Of a DNA stretch of 64,000 nucleotides, positions 29,515 to 38,307 are shown in pieces. Numbering within the stretch: position 1 is the stretch's first letter; each line of letters begins with the position of its first letter. The DNA lies in IMG/VR virus record IMGVR_UViG_2786546795_000004; one strand, given 5' to 3'. The position numbers and the translations under genes are program-made. The notes beneath the pieces were generated by a model. The model did not search any database, was not told the DNA's origin, and saw only the letters and a program-made list of their open reading frames with translations. The DNA is from an uncultured virus (IMG/VR IMGVR_UViG_2786546795_000004) (Duplodnaviria; Heunggongvirae; Uroviricota; Caudoviricetes).

Positions 29515-29595
29515 TTGAATGAGAATGCCGGAAATATACTACAATCAAGGTGCTAAGTATTATCCTAAAAATAAACAACGATGGAGGAATAACAT

Positions 29596-29820
29596 ATGAA
29601 GCATATTAGTGAGGGGTTCGATAGAATATGTGATACTCCCGTACCGGAACACAGCGGCTACATCAGCGATGCTGAGTGGAGAGAGTTACCGGAGTGCCCA
29701 GTATGTTTTGCTAAACACCAGCCCACGCTTGCGAGACAGGAACACAAAGTTCATAAGCGTGAGACAGAAGCGACAAATACGAAGCAGGGGATATACCTGC
29801 GACAATACATAGGTGAATAA
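29596..29820 (+). CDS. Hypothetical protein with CPVC
   Basis: GGAGG SD; C-terminal part overlaps a class II promoter. Confidence 0.5.
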   Translation: MKHISEGFDRICDTPVPEHSGYISDAEWRELPECPVCFAKHQPTLARQEHKVHKRETEATNTKQGIYLRQYIGE

Positions 29821-29822
29821 AA

Positions 29823-30038
29823 ATGACTGAGAAGAAGTATAATGAAGAATGGATAGAATACTACCAATACCTTGAGAGTTTGAGGCAATCGGGAGTGGTG
29901 AATATGTTTGGGGCAACCCCATATCTTAAGGCTGTATTTGACGGCGATGAGGGCTTCAATGCACAAAAAGTATTGGGGTCATGGATGGAGAACTACGACG
30001 CACTATTAGAAGATGGCGTAATCGACAGGGGTGAGTAA
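29823..30038 (+). CDS. Small phage-type hypothetical protein
   Basis: YLESLRQSGVVNMFGA.PYL motif resembling small phage proteins; AGGTGA SD. Confidence 0.75.
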   Translation: MTEKKYNEEWIEYYQYLESLRQSGVVNMFGATPYLKAVFDGDEGFNAQKVLGSWMENYDALLEDGVIDRGE

Positions 30039-30269
30039 ATGCGGGACTTTTTACGAAATGTGGGGGACTATGTAGAATTAGAGACAACCGGAGGCTTTAC
30101 CCGCTTAGACCCAACACAAATTGCTGGGGTTACTTACAACCGTGAGTCATCGGAGTTTAGCATACACATGAAGTCGGGTACTATCTTTACGGCAAAAGGA
30201 ACTAAAGAAAATGTGAGAGCAATAGAGGACTTTATGCCCGCATGGGTCTATGACCATTGTGTTAACTGA
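30039..30269 (+). CDS. Hypothetical protein
   Basis: 76 aa; GGGGTGA SD. Confidence 0.65.
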   Translation: MRDFLRNVGDYVELETTGGFTRLDPTQIAGVTYNRESSEFSIHMKSGTIFTAKGTKENVRAIEDFMPAWVYDHCVN

Positions 30270-30279
30270 GGGTGGATAG

Positions 30280-30483
30280 ATGAAAGTAAAAGACTTGATA
30301 GAATATCTAACAACAATAACAGAAGACAGTTCAGAAAGGGCCGATTGGCCTATCTGTGTGGCCTTTCGATGGAACGGAGAAACAGTAATATCCGATATCG
30401 TATGTGCGAACCTTAACGGTAAAAGTATTCAATTGAATGAAGACAAGTTCTATGACCTTTGGAGAGAATACAGGGGAGAGTGA
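30280..30483 (+). CDS. Hypothetical protein
   Basis: MKVKDLIEYL start typical of small phage proteins. Confidence 0.65.
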   Translation: MKVKDLIEYLTTITEDSSERADWPICVAFRWNGETVISDIVCANLNGKSIQLNEDKFYDLWREYRGE

Positions 30484-30597
30484 ATGGATGACGAGATGCA
30501 GCGCGTGTAGGGGTCGAGGATTCATCGCAGTCTATACGACTGTTACTGCCGAAAAAGAGCAGGAACAATGTATGTGGTGCAGAGGGAGAGGAATTGA

Positions 30598-30828
30598 ATG
30601 AGTAAAATAGAGGAAAAAGTATGTGCAAAAATACAGGCACGCGCAGAAGTAGGAAAGAAAAAGTATGGCGTGACTATGGAAAGAGGCGACCTGTCTATTG
30701 AAGAATGGTTGACCCATCTCCAAGAGGAACTCATGGATGCGAGTGTATATGTTGAGCGTCTCTTGACGCTATTAGAGCCACTAAACGAAGAAGCACCGAG
30801 GGATGAAAACGAGTTCCCGCTACTATGA
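30598..30828 (+). CDS. MazG-like / all-alpha NTP pyrophosphohydrolase-like small protein
   Basis: R...G.KKYG....R.DL...W..HLQEELMDA.VY with an EExxD acidic motif. Confidence 0.6.
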   Translation: MSKIEEKVCAKIQARAEVGKKKYGVTMERGDLSIEEWLTHLQEELMDASVYVERLLTLLEPLNEEAPRDENEFPLL

Positions 30829-30888
30829 ACATGACGCTTGCGAGACACAACCGAATACTTTATTAGGTCGAAGCCTCTCGTAGTATTT

Positions 30889-31158
30889 ATGAGACACAAG
30901 AGAATACGCAGAGCCATAGTGCAAGTGATACGCGACAATCCGGAAGGCATAACCGCTACACAAATAATAGACAAATTAGATGAGAAGAAGAAGAAGAAGG
31001 TTAGTAATGCTAAACACATAAGCACACTACTTCGTGGAATCAAGGGCGTTAAGAAGATGGGAGAGACAGGTATCGGCTTTGGTGATGGCTACAGAACGAC
31101 AGCAGCATATTCAGTAAATGTTTACTACTATGACGAGGACGAGGGGGCCGAGATATGA
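30889..31158 (+). CDS. Winged-helix DNA-binding protein
   Basis: Start MRHKRIRR at 30889 (55 nt after a class II box); IVQVIRDNPEGITATQII..L...ISTLL. Confidence 0.65.
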   Translation: MRHKRIRRAIVQVIRDNPEGITATQIIDKLDEKKKKKVSNAKHISTLLRGIKGVKKMGETGIGFGDGYRTTAAYSVNVYYYDEDEGAEI

Positions 31159-31343
31159 CCGACACTAATTGGATATTGTTCGCCAAGCGGCCATCAAGAG
31201 ATAACTGCATAGGTAAAGGCAGAATCATGGACTGTCGGTTAGTAGGAGACATAGGTGCGTTGTTGGAGATAGAAATGACGCTCAATGGTGTTAGGTATAA
31301 GGGTACTTTAGCACAAACAGTTACACAAGAGGAGGAAGAATAA
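31155..31343 (+). CDS. Hypothetical protein
   Basis: 62 aa, ATGA overlap. Confidence 0.6.
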   Translation: MTDTNWILFAKRPSRDNCIGKGRIMDCRLVGDIGALLEIEMTLNGVRYKGTLAQTVTQEEEE

Positions 31344-31345
31344 AT

Positions 31346-31615
31346 ATGAAAAAATACAAAGACTATCTATTAGAAAAGGAAGCAGAAAAATTAAAGGGTA
31401 GAGAGATACCGGAATACACAGGCGACCCCGAAGTCAACGAACTGAGACAGTTAGTAGAAGATATGACTAAGTGGATGAGTATAGGTTCCTTTAAGCAAAA
31501 GACACCCGCTAAGATGGTTGCTGAGTTCAAGGACACTATGAAAAGAGCAAACTCCGTTAAGGCACGGAATGTAGGTTACAGAGTTTTAATGAGGGTGGGG
31601 AATAAAGATGAGTAA
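31346..31615 (+). CDS. Hypothetical protein
   Basis: 89 aa, GGAGG SD. Confidence 0.65.
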   Translation: MKKYKDYLLEKEAEKLKGREIPEYTGDPEVNELRQLVEDMTKWMSIGSFKQKTPAKMVAEFKDTMKRANSVKARNVGYRVLMRVGNKDE

Positions 31616-32453
31616 GAAGTTCATGTTTATTAACCCTAAAAGTATTCGGGTGTTGACTGCGAGAGAATACGATGTTCCTAAGTCCACTTCTAAGAAGCAC
31701 CCAGTAGTAGACTTAGCGGCGGGGCGATGGATGAGTTGCAGAGGCGAAGATGTATTAAGAATAGATGACCGACACATTCTGTATCGCTTCCTTAAGTTGT
31801 TAGACAATGAATTGCGTTATGATGAAATGATGGAGACTATTTACCACGCCAATATAGAAGAACGACCAACCCTTCAAGAAATTATCGAAGGTTATTTGGC
31901 CCACTACAAGAAATCATCGACAGGCTCAATTGGTGTGTGGGTAGAAGAACAAGGCTATGGTTTTGAAATTAATAAAATACTTAGTGTCGAGGATGTTATG
32001 GCGGGTACTTGCAGTAAATACTTCCAAACCACTATGGAATACTTAGGAACACACTACTTCCCCTCCTACGAGCAATCATCTAGGTTTATGAAAGCGGGGG
32101 CAAATGAATCTATGTTCCCAGTAATGGTTTTTAGCAGAGATAATGTTAAGATAGAAATAATATCATACAATCAAAAGACTCATATTGTTGGTAGAATGTT
32201 GTCCCATGAAGGTATATGGTTACAAACAAAACCCACAATTATTCTCCCATATTGGGTTCATCTTATACCCGATGAAAAATTGAGAGAGGTAATAGATGAC
32301 CTTTCTTATATTGACTCTGTATTAAATTACTTACAGGATAAAAATAACAATGTTAATGTAACTCGCGGTGGCGGGGCATCGGACAGACTTGTGAAGTGGG
32401 GAGAAAGAAACGCGCTGGAACGAGAGAATCGGTTTAGGTTTCTAATTCTTTAA
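31608..32453 (+). CDS. Hypothetical protein
   Basis: 281 aa ORF, coupled to the upstream gene. Confidence 0.75.
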   Translation: MSKKFMFINPKSIRVLTAREYDVPKSTSKKHPVVDLAAGRWMSCRGEDVLRIDDRHILYRFLKLLDNELRYDEMMETIYHANIEERPTLQEIIEGYLAHYKKSSTGSIGVWVEEQGYGFEINKILSVEDVMAGTCSKYFQTTMEYLGTHYFPSYEQSSRFMKAGANESMFPVMVFSRDNVKIEIISYNQKTHIVGRMLSHEGIWLQTKPTIILPYWVHLIPDEKLREVIDDLSYIDSVLNYLQDKNNNVNVTRGGGASDRLVKWGERNALERENRFRFLIL

Positions 32454-32487
32454 TTCTTTTTGTAGTTTCAGATTAAACAAAATTAAA

Positions 32488-32616
32488 AAAACGCATGACT
32501 GCGCCCTATTTTTCTAATTCTTTAATTCTTTCAAAGGTATGTAAGTATAGGTTACTATCTTATACATCTATGAAGTAATTGAAAAAATAAAAAACAGGCT
32601 CGCAGTATAACGTTTT
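32488..32616. repeat. AT-rich inverted repeat homologous to 13637-13810 (palindrome B)
   Basis: AAAACGCATGACTGCG...TTCTTTAATTCTTTC // GAAGTAATTGAAAAAATAAAA...CGCAGTATAACGTTTT; TTTCTAATTCTTTAATTCTTT duplicated at about 32439 and 32511. Confidence 0.8.
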
Positions 32617-32680
32617 ATTTTTTTTACGCTTGCGCTACAGAATAAAAACAATTAAATGTGTAATAAGAGGACGGATAAAT

Positions 32681-33025
32681 ATGACTAGAAATAAGACTAA
32701 GCGAATGCAATACCGACTATACCATCGGTTATTAGACAAGGGACCACAGACCTCGGAGGAATTGCTGCTGTGGTATAACAACGACAGACCGCAGTTGGGC
32801 AACCACTCAAAGGGACAACAGTATGGGTCCACGATACGAGCCGTAGCAGGTTGTATGCGTAGCAGTATTTTGTTTGAGAAGGCAGGAGGTGCGCCTAAAG
32901 AGTGGGTGGCTAGACCTTTACATTTAGTAGTGCAAAGGGCCATCCTATCAAAAAAACAAATCACAACGTTTCCACACTTTTTACAGAAGGCAATCAGAGA
33001 TGAATTAGGAGAGGGAGAGGAATGA
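32681..33025 (+). CDS. Winged-helix family protein (paralogue group)
   Basis: Start MTRNKTKR at 32681 (55 nt after a class II box); LLDKGPQTSEEL...AVAGCMRSSILFEK. Confidence 0.7.
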   Translation: MTRNKTKRMQYRLYHRLLDKGPQTSEELLLWYNNDRPQLGNHSKGQQYGSTIRAVAGCMRSSILFEKAGGAPKEWVARPLHLVVQRAILSKKQITTFPHFLQKAIRDELGEGEE

Positions 33026-33792
33026 AGGTTATAGACAGCAGAGGAGATACTGACTTCATATGGACTCACGAAGTCAAGGCAGAACCTACGACGCTCATAA
33101 CATTCTATCAGAACGAGCAGGGGTTTGCCTCATTCATCGCTGGCGCAAGCCTAGTAGCAGAGAACAGACCAGTATGTAGCATCCTTTCAAAGTTACATCA
33201 AGTAGAGGCTATGAATACTATCCCCGCACCGACTTTCCCCGAATGGCGCATCTATGAACTGCGTAATGAAGATGGTCGCCGTTATTTTGTCTTAAGAATA
33301 AATCATGCCTACATACCGACACAAGGTAATAAAAAGTCGTGGCTTTACAACTATCCAATTTTCCGAGATATTATGACCGTGCTTTCTGAAAAGGGAGTGG
33401 ATGAATTAGTTTATCTTACGGCAAATATAATGCAAGAATATATCTTTCAAGAGCAAGCACAGATACCATCGGATGAACTACTTGTATATGACTACGACGA
33501 AAAGGACGAAACACTTTACCTAACCGACGGGTCAGACTTGGGTTTCCAAGACCTAGACATACCGCCCCCATCGTGGATAGTGACTGAGTGCTTTGAGAAG
33601 TTCAACACTAATCCTGTGCGTGGGAACTACATAGTCATGTGTGCCCACACAGCAACCACATTCATAAACGAGGTGGAGGCGGAGAGACTACTACAATACC
33701 TTGAAGATACGCACGCACTCTTGTATGACGAAAACTATAAGAGTGAGTTGTTGGAAGTGCTGTATGACGCAGAGATAACGCAGGTGGTATAA
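33022..33792 (+). CDS. Hypothetical protein, weak resemblance to the PAC2 (proteasome assembly chaperone) family
   Basis: 256 aa, acidic; LIT.....GF..FIAG..LV and Y...RDI...L...GVDELVYL patterns. The ORF is solid, the function tentative. Confidence 0.4.
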   Translation: MKVIDSRGDTDFIWTHEVKAEPTTLITFYQNEQGFASFIAGASLVAENRPVCSILSKLHQVEAMNTIPAPTFPEWRIYELRNEDGRRYFVLRINHAYIPTQGNKKSWLYNYPIFRDIMTVLSEKGVDELVYLTANIMQEYIFQEQAQIPSDELLVYDYDEKDETLYLTDGSDLGFQDLDIPPPSWIVTECFEKFNTNPVRGNYIVMCAHTATTFINEVEAERLLQYLEDTHALLYDENYKSELLEVLYDAEITQVV

Positions 33793-35123
33793 TGACCTTT
33801 AATGTATTCGATAAAACCATAGAGTTTGCTCAAAGAAACCACTTCATAGATGTAGAGGATAAAATACCAATTTTCCTATGTAGTGTCGGAGGCCACATCT
33901 TCAACGCTCTTAACAAATGCAGTCGTTGTGACTTTGACCCCGACAGCCCATTGGTTGATGAGGAGGAGGACTTCGTAATAGAGAACTGTCCCCTGCGTCA
34001 CGACAACATACCCTTTTACACTCCTATGTCGCAACTACCGGACACGCGCATTCATATCTTAATGCGAGGTGCTAAGGGTAGCGGTAAGTCTGTTCTTATC
34101 CTTATGTTCCTTGCAGAAGGAACCGGACTCGTTCATTCTCCTACCGCAGACTTGGGGCAGGGTTTCCGAACTATGATGGGGGCTAACTCTATCACAGAGG
34201 CAGGTATGTTCGGCTCGGTCGATGAAGAAGGCGCAATAGCAGGGCGACCAATCGCAAGAGAGATGTGTGGGGGGTTCTTGGGTTTTGAGGAGTTTTCATC
34301 AATGTCTGATGCCTCCAAGAAAGACCACAGCCTAGACATGAAGAACCAGTTACTTACCAGTTTAGACAACGGAAGGGTACAGAAGGCCCTACGAGCAGGT
34401 TGGGTGAACTATACTACACGATACACCGTATGGGCAGGAACACAGCCCGCAAGGTTTGAGTTAGACTCCGGCCTTGACCGTAGGTTCTTCATCATAGATA
34501 TCGAGATGACTCCGGAAAAGGAGAGGCAGTATAAACTGGCTCAACACGAACAGGCTAACACAGGTGTCGCAGAGAGGCTTGAGTTGGCTAATCTCAATAT
34601 CCAAATAAAAGACTGGATAAGGCAGCGAATGCACACGGCAGTCGCAAACCCACCAACGGGTATTATCTTCGATGATGATATCAGAGAGTGGACCGACCGA
34701 CCCGATGTGCGTTCCTATGAGGCTGACCTGTTCCGTAGGCTCGCAATAGGCTACCACATGATGCAACCGGAATACAGGGGCGGTGGTCCACTCATCATTA
34801 CACTTGATGATACTTTAACGACAATACTAAATCAGTCTCTTGCTATGCGCCGAAGGGTTATGGATGCAGATGTGGAACTAATACGCTCGGCGTTTTGGAT
34901 GAAAGATGTACCTAAGTCGCAACTACTAAAGGACATAAGCCGTATGATAACTTCCGGTGACTATCAAACCGCTAAGAGATGGTTGATAGAAAACCTTGAG
35001 GGACAGGGTTGGTATCACGAAGTGGAACCAAGCGTTAAAAGGCGAGGGCGTAAGGGCGTTATATGTCGCTTCGGTCCGGTGTCCGAGAAAAGCGCAGAGA
35101 TAAAATGGGGTGGTACAAAATGA
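33792..35123 (+). CDS. mcm: MCM-family AAA+ helicase (short form)
   Basis: HILMRGAKGSGKS (Walker A), ITEAGMFGSV (h2i), GGFLGFEEF (Walker B), LDRRF (Arg finger). Confidence 0.75.
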   Translation: MTFNVFDKTIEFAQRNHFIDVEDKIPIFLCSVGGHIFNALNKCSRCDFDPDSPLVDEEEDFVIENCPLRHDNIPFYTPMSQLPDTRIHILMRGAKGSGKSVLILMFLAEGTGLVHSPTADLGQGFRTMMGANSITEAGMFGSVDEEGAIAGRPIAREMCGGFLGFEEFSSMSDASKKDHSLDMKNQLLTSLDNGRVQKALRAGWVNYTTRYTVWAGTQPARFELDSGLDRRFFIIDIEMTPEKERQYKLAQHEQANTGVAERLELANLNIQIKDWIRQRMHTAVANPPTGIIFDDDIREWTDRPDVRSYEADLFRRLAIGYHMMQPEYRGGGPLIITLDDTLTTILNQSLAMRRRVMDADVELIRSAFWMKDVPKSQLLKDISRMITSGDYQTAKRWLIENLEGQGWYHEVEPSVKRRGRKGVICRFGPVSEKSAEIKWGGTK

Positions 35124-35491
35124 GCGTTCCTAAACCTACGACCAAACCAAAACCTTTCCACACGCCTTCTATCTATGATAAGAGGACTAAGTATTATCGG
35201 GCGGACTGGGTTTTCCCAACACAAGAAAACAGTTGGTGGAAAAAGAAGAAGAAGAATCCCGTAGTCCGTGCGGTAATTCACCATGCTCTTACCCTAAAAG
35301 TACCTTTCACCGTACAAGATGTTTACGATAATGCCCGATACCACAATGGTAATTTGGTTAAATCATCCGGTCGTACATCCCCTAATAAATGGAAGGTGGA
35401 GGCTATGATAAGATACTGTGGGTTTTTTCAGAGTAAAAGAGTAAAACTAGGACAAGATATGAAACCTACAACAGTATGGAGGAGAAAGTAA
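35120..35491 (+). CDS. Basic protein, possible wHTH
   Basis: Start at ATGA overlap 35120; FTVQDVYD...P....V..MI...TVW. Confidence 0.6.
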   Translation: MSVPKPTTKPKPFHTPSIYDKRTKYYRADWVFPTQENSWWKKKKKNPVVRAVIHHALTLKVPFTVQDVYDNARYHNGNLVKSSGRTSPNKWKVEAMIRYCGFFQSKRVKLGQDMKPTTVWRRK

Positions 35492-35997
35492 TGGGTGGTG
35501 GTGCAGCCGGAAATCTAAAGGTAGCAGATAAATGCTATCATTACATAAAAGAGAGAGGACCAAAAACTGTGACTGAGATGAAAGACTACCTCAATGACTT
35601 AGGTAGAGGGAAAGGGCGAAGTCCACGCGGCGCAACTTCTGAACAACTCGCTAATGTTATGCGTTGCAGTCCCTTGTTTAGAGTGGTGGGAACCGAGTTT
35701 ATACACTATGGTCCTACTACATCCCCCCGACCAAAACAAAAACCTATCGTTGAAATGAAAGGCGGTTATGCTAAAGGTAGAGTTCCTACTGATACCACCA
35801 AAAAAAGATACGACGATAAGGTAAATAAAAGAGACGCAAAAAGTAATATGAGTGAGCGTCTCGGAACTCCGGTAAACTTGTATGATATCGTTCCAATAGA
35901 AGAAATTACCGAAAAACTACGCGGGAAGAAGCACTTAGTCAGAAAGAGATGGCCCAAAGTTCTAAAGGACGCTTTGAAGAAAGAGGGTATTATATGA
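35491..35997 (+). CDS. Winged-helix family protein (paralogue group)
   Basis: YIKERGPKTVTEM...GATSEQLANVMRCSPLFRVVG; TAATG overlap. Confidence 0.7.
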   Translation: MGGGAAGNLKVADKCYHYIKERGPKTVTEMKDYLNDLGRGKGRSPRGATSEQLANVMRCSPLFRVVGTEFIHYGPTTSPRPKQKPIVEMKGGYAKGRVPTDTTKKRYDDKVNKRDAKSNMSERLGTPVNLYDIVPIEEITEKLRGKKHLVRKRWPKVLKDALKKEGII

Positions 35998-36611
35998 GAA
36001 GTAAGAGAGAGATACAGCAACGACTTGCTAATGAGAACGATGCCTTCGCAATAGAAGTATTGCGCTGGGTTCTATCCGGTGGGTGTGAGGTTTGTGAGCA
36101 TAAAGAAAAGAGAGAGATAGAATTAGATGTGTATAATGGAGAGGTTTCTCCTTCTTATCTTGAGGCTAAATATAACTGGCCCGATGGTCATGTTATGAAT
36201 CACATGGATGCCCACTTAGACTACGACCCGAAGGAAGCGCAACACATAGAGGAAGCGCGCAGTCAGAGCATCAACACATTGGATGCCGCAGAAGGTATAG
36301 TAAACCGTATCACAACCTACCTTGATGAGTTAGAAGAAGTCAAGGAGGCAGAGGGAGGTATCACTTCCGACTTCGTTACTGACGCTTCGCGTCTAATCAG
36401 CCAAGCCAACACTTCGTTAAAGTTGGTGGGGACGCTCAAGAAGGAGATAGGTGTTGATAGCCAACTCCTCTTAGCGAATACGCAGTTAAATGAGGTCAGC
36501 CGAGTTCTTGTAGAAGTTCTATCAGACCAACCGAAACTTCTTGATGATGTGGAAAGAAAACTGAATATGTTATCCACACCCATTGATGTTCCCTTTGAGG
36601 TGGTTGAATGA
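35994..36611 (+). CDS. Zn/HTH plus coiled-coil protein (small-terminase-like architecture, tentative)
   Basis: CEVCEH..K.EIE...S...L..KY......V.NH..H followed by long helices. Confidence 0.5.
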   Translation: MRSKREIQQRLANENDAFAIEVLRWVLSGGCEVCEHKEKREIELDVYNGEVSPSYLEAKYNWPDGHVMNHMDAHLDYDPKEAQHIEEARSQSINTLDAAEGIVNRITTYLDELEEVKEAEGGITSDFVTDASRLISQANTSLKLVGTLKKEIGVDSQLLLANTQLNEVSRVLVEVLSDQPKLLDDVERKLNMLSTPIDVPFEVVE

Positions 36612-37267
36612 TAATCTTTACTTCCGACGAGACTCCCTTTAGAAGCGATAATGAAGTGTTCATGTATGGTTCAATTGATACAATCCCTAACCAGCCGGAC
36701 ACTACTTACTTCTTACATACAGATAAGTTCGGGACAAAAGATGTGCTAACTTGGTCACAGTTTGTTCAACACAAATTAATAATCGTTACACAGAAAGCCC
36801 CTTCGTTAACCAAAGAGGCGCACAAATTATGCGTAGTTGACGATAAACTAAACGGTAAAAGTAATGATGATACTTTCTTTATTGTTAAGGCAATAATAAA
36901 TTGGACGGACCGTGAAAGAGTCCGAGCAATTTTCAAGAATCCTCCTATGGCTCTGTTGCTGTGGTTCTTGAGAGGTAATGTAAAGGACATAGATGTTTGG
37001 AGACGAATAGCAAAGGTCCAATACACTCTGCCCGATGAATACTTAAAAGCAGCAATAGTCTATGGGATAACACCATCTCGTAAGCGAGTTGTGTGGCCTA
37101 AGAAGAAAGGTAAAAGTAAAGAGCGCCCACAGATATTCAAAAGCACCGATAAGCATTGGGAGTTGTTAATGGAAAACTCTATAAGCGTAGCGAACGCCAT
37201 CCGAGATGTTGGGGATATACCAAAGGGTATGCCTCGACGCAAGGCGGCTACAAAATCATGGGTTTAG
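36608..37267 (+). CDS. Hypothetical protein, possibly a degenerate clamp-loader large subunit
   Basis: No Walker A; F.IVKAII....P..LL.WF...N recalls the RFC-L collar; near rfcS. Confidence 0.4.
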   Translation: MIIFTSDETPFRSDNEVFMYGSIDTIPNQPDTTYFLHTDKFGTKDVLTWSQFVQHKLIIVTQKAPSLTKEAHKLCVVDDKLNGKSNDDTFFIVKAIINWTDRERVRAIFKNPPMALLLWFLRGNVKDIDVWRRIAKVQYTLPDEYLKAAIVYGITPSRKRVVWPKKKGKSKERPQIFKSTDKHWELLMENSISVANAIRDVGDIPKGMPRRKAATKSWV

Positions 37268-37473
37268 AAGGTTCAAACCTAGAAGGCTTCCTTTATTCCG
37301 TTGTTGGGATATTTTTATTATTACTTTATGGTAAAGTAAGTTTGGAGATTATGATTTACTTTGACGATAAAAGTAATAATAATGAAAAAGTTGTGCAAGA
37401 AAAATCGACGCTTGCGCCGCAGGACGATTCTTTTATTAATGGTATGATTTGGGCCGATGTAGGGAGAGAATGA
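37258..37473 (+). CDS. Small membrane protein
   Basis: MGLEG...FLYSVVGIFLLLLYG, one TM helix. Confidence 0.55.
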   Translation: MGLEGSNLEGFLYSVVGIFLLLLYGKVSLEIMIYFDDKSNNNEKVVQEKSTLAPQDDSFINGMIWADVGRE

Positions 37474-37511
37474 TAGAACAGTTTATATCACCTACAGGCC
37501 AACATTGATAT

Positions 37512-37913
37512 ATGAGTGCTAACAACCGCCGTGTCCGCAGATTTATTGTGGAGATACTGTGGGATTATGGTCCTCTGACTAAAGAAGGGGTGGCTGGTAA
37601 ACTGTCGTCTCTTAAGAATGTTCGTGCTGTCCCCTCGCCACACAGCCTTTCTGCCCTTCTATCGAAGAATCCGCAAATTGTGGCCGTAGGTAGTGAGAAG
37701 GTAGAGAACGCGGTAGGGACTAAAGCATCTCATCTTTTGTATGATGTTGATAGAGAAGTAATACTATCTAAGGATGATATAGTTTATACCCGTAGTCCGA
37801 CCGTAATGACTCCGAAGCAAAGGGAAAAGGCACAACAATGCACCTGCGGAAGAATACGCATTTTACCGCCGGAATCCGATATATGCCTAACCTGTATGAG
37901 AAAACCTCAATAA
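37512..37913 (+). CDS. Winged-helix protein with C-terminal Zn finger
   Basis: ILWDYGPLTKEGV...PSPHSLSALLSKNPQIVAVG; CTCG...CLTC. Confidence 0.7.
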   Translation: MSANNRRVRRFIVEILWDYGPLTKEGVAGKLSSLKNVRAVPSPHSLSALLSKNPQIVAVGSEKVENAVGTKASHLLYDVDREVILSKDDIVYTRSPTVMTPKQREKAQQCTCGRIRILPPESDICLTCMRKPQ

Positions 37914-37933
37914 GACACTAAGGAGATGATTAA

Positions 37934-38278
37934 ATGGGGACGAGTAGCATGAGAGAAGATATCACTGGACTGATATCAGCCATGATACAGAATCATAACG
38001 GTGTGGACCTTTCTAGTATGCTATCGCAGAGCAATATATTCGATGCTGCTATACTGCGCGCTTTCCTTTTAGACCTCGCGGGAGACGAAGAAGACTTCCA
38101 AGAGTTCCTAAATGAGACGGAGATAGACAATTCATTTATTCGCGGGCTTATGGCTGGTCTTGTGCAAGCACTTCTTATCGAGAGAGGGCATGGTGAGGTT
38201 TTAGGCCGACCAAGCCACTCAGAGTTCTTGGCGATATTCGATGCTGCTGCCGCACATCTTATTGAATCATCCCTATAG
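37934..38278 (+). CDS. Hypothetical acidic helical protein
   Basis: 114 aa; AGGAGA SD. Confidence 0.7.
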   Translation: MGTSSMREDITGLISAMIQNHNGVDLSSMLSQSNIFDAAILRAFLLDLAGDEEDFQEFLNETEIDNSFIRGLMAGLVQALLIERGHGEVLGRPSHSEFLAIFDAAAAHLIESSL

Positions 38279-38307
38279 TTTATATGTGTGATTGAGAAGC
38301 CCATATC

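Larger units (their letters stand above)
24517..32680 (+). promoter_or_regulatory. Class II promoter family: ACGCTT-N6-CA + TATA-like box, 54-55 nt before ATG
   Basis: Copies at 24517, 25629, 25916, 27547, 28332, 28973, 29725, 30834, 32626 (also 24181, 37408). Interval marks the span of dispersed sites. Confidence 0.85.
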
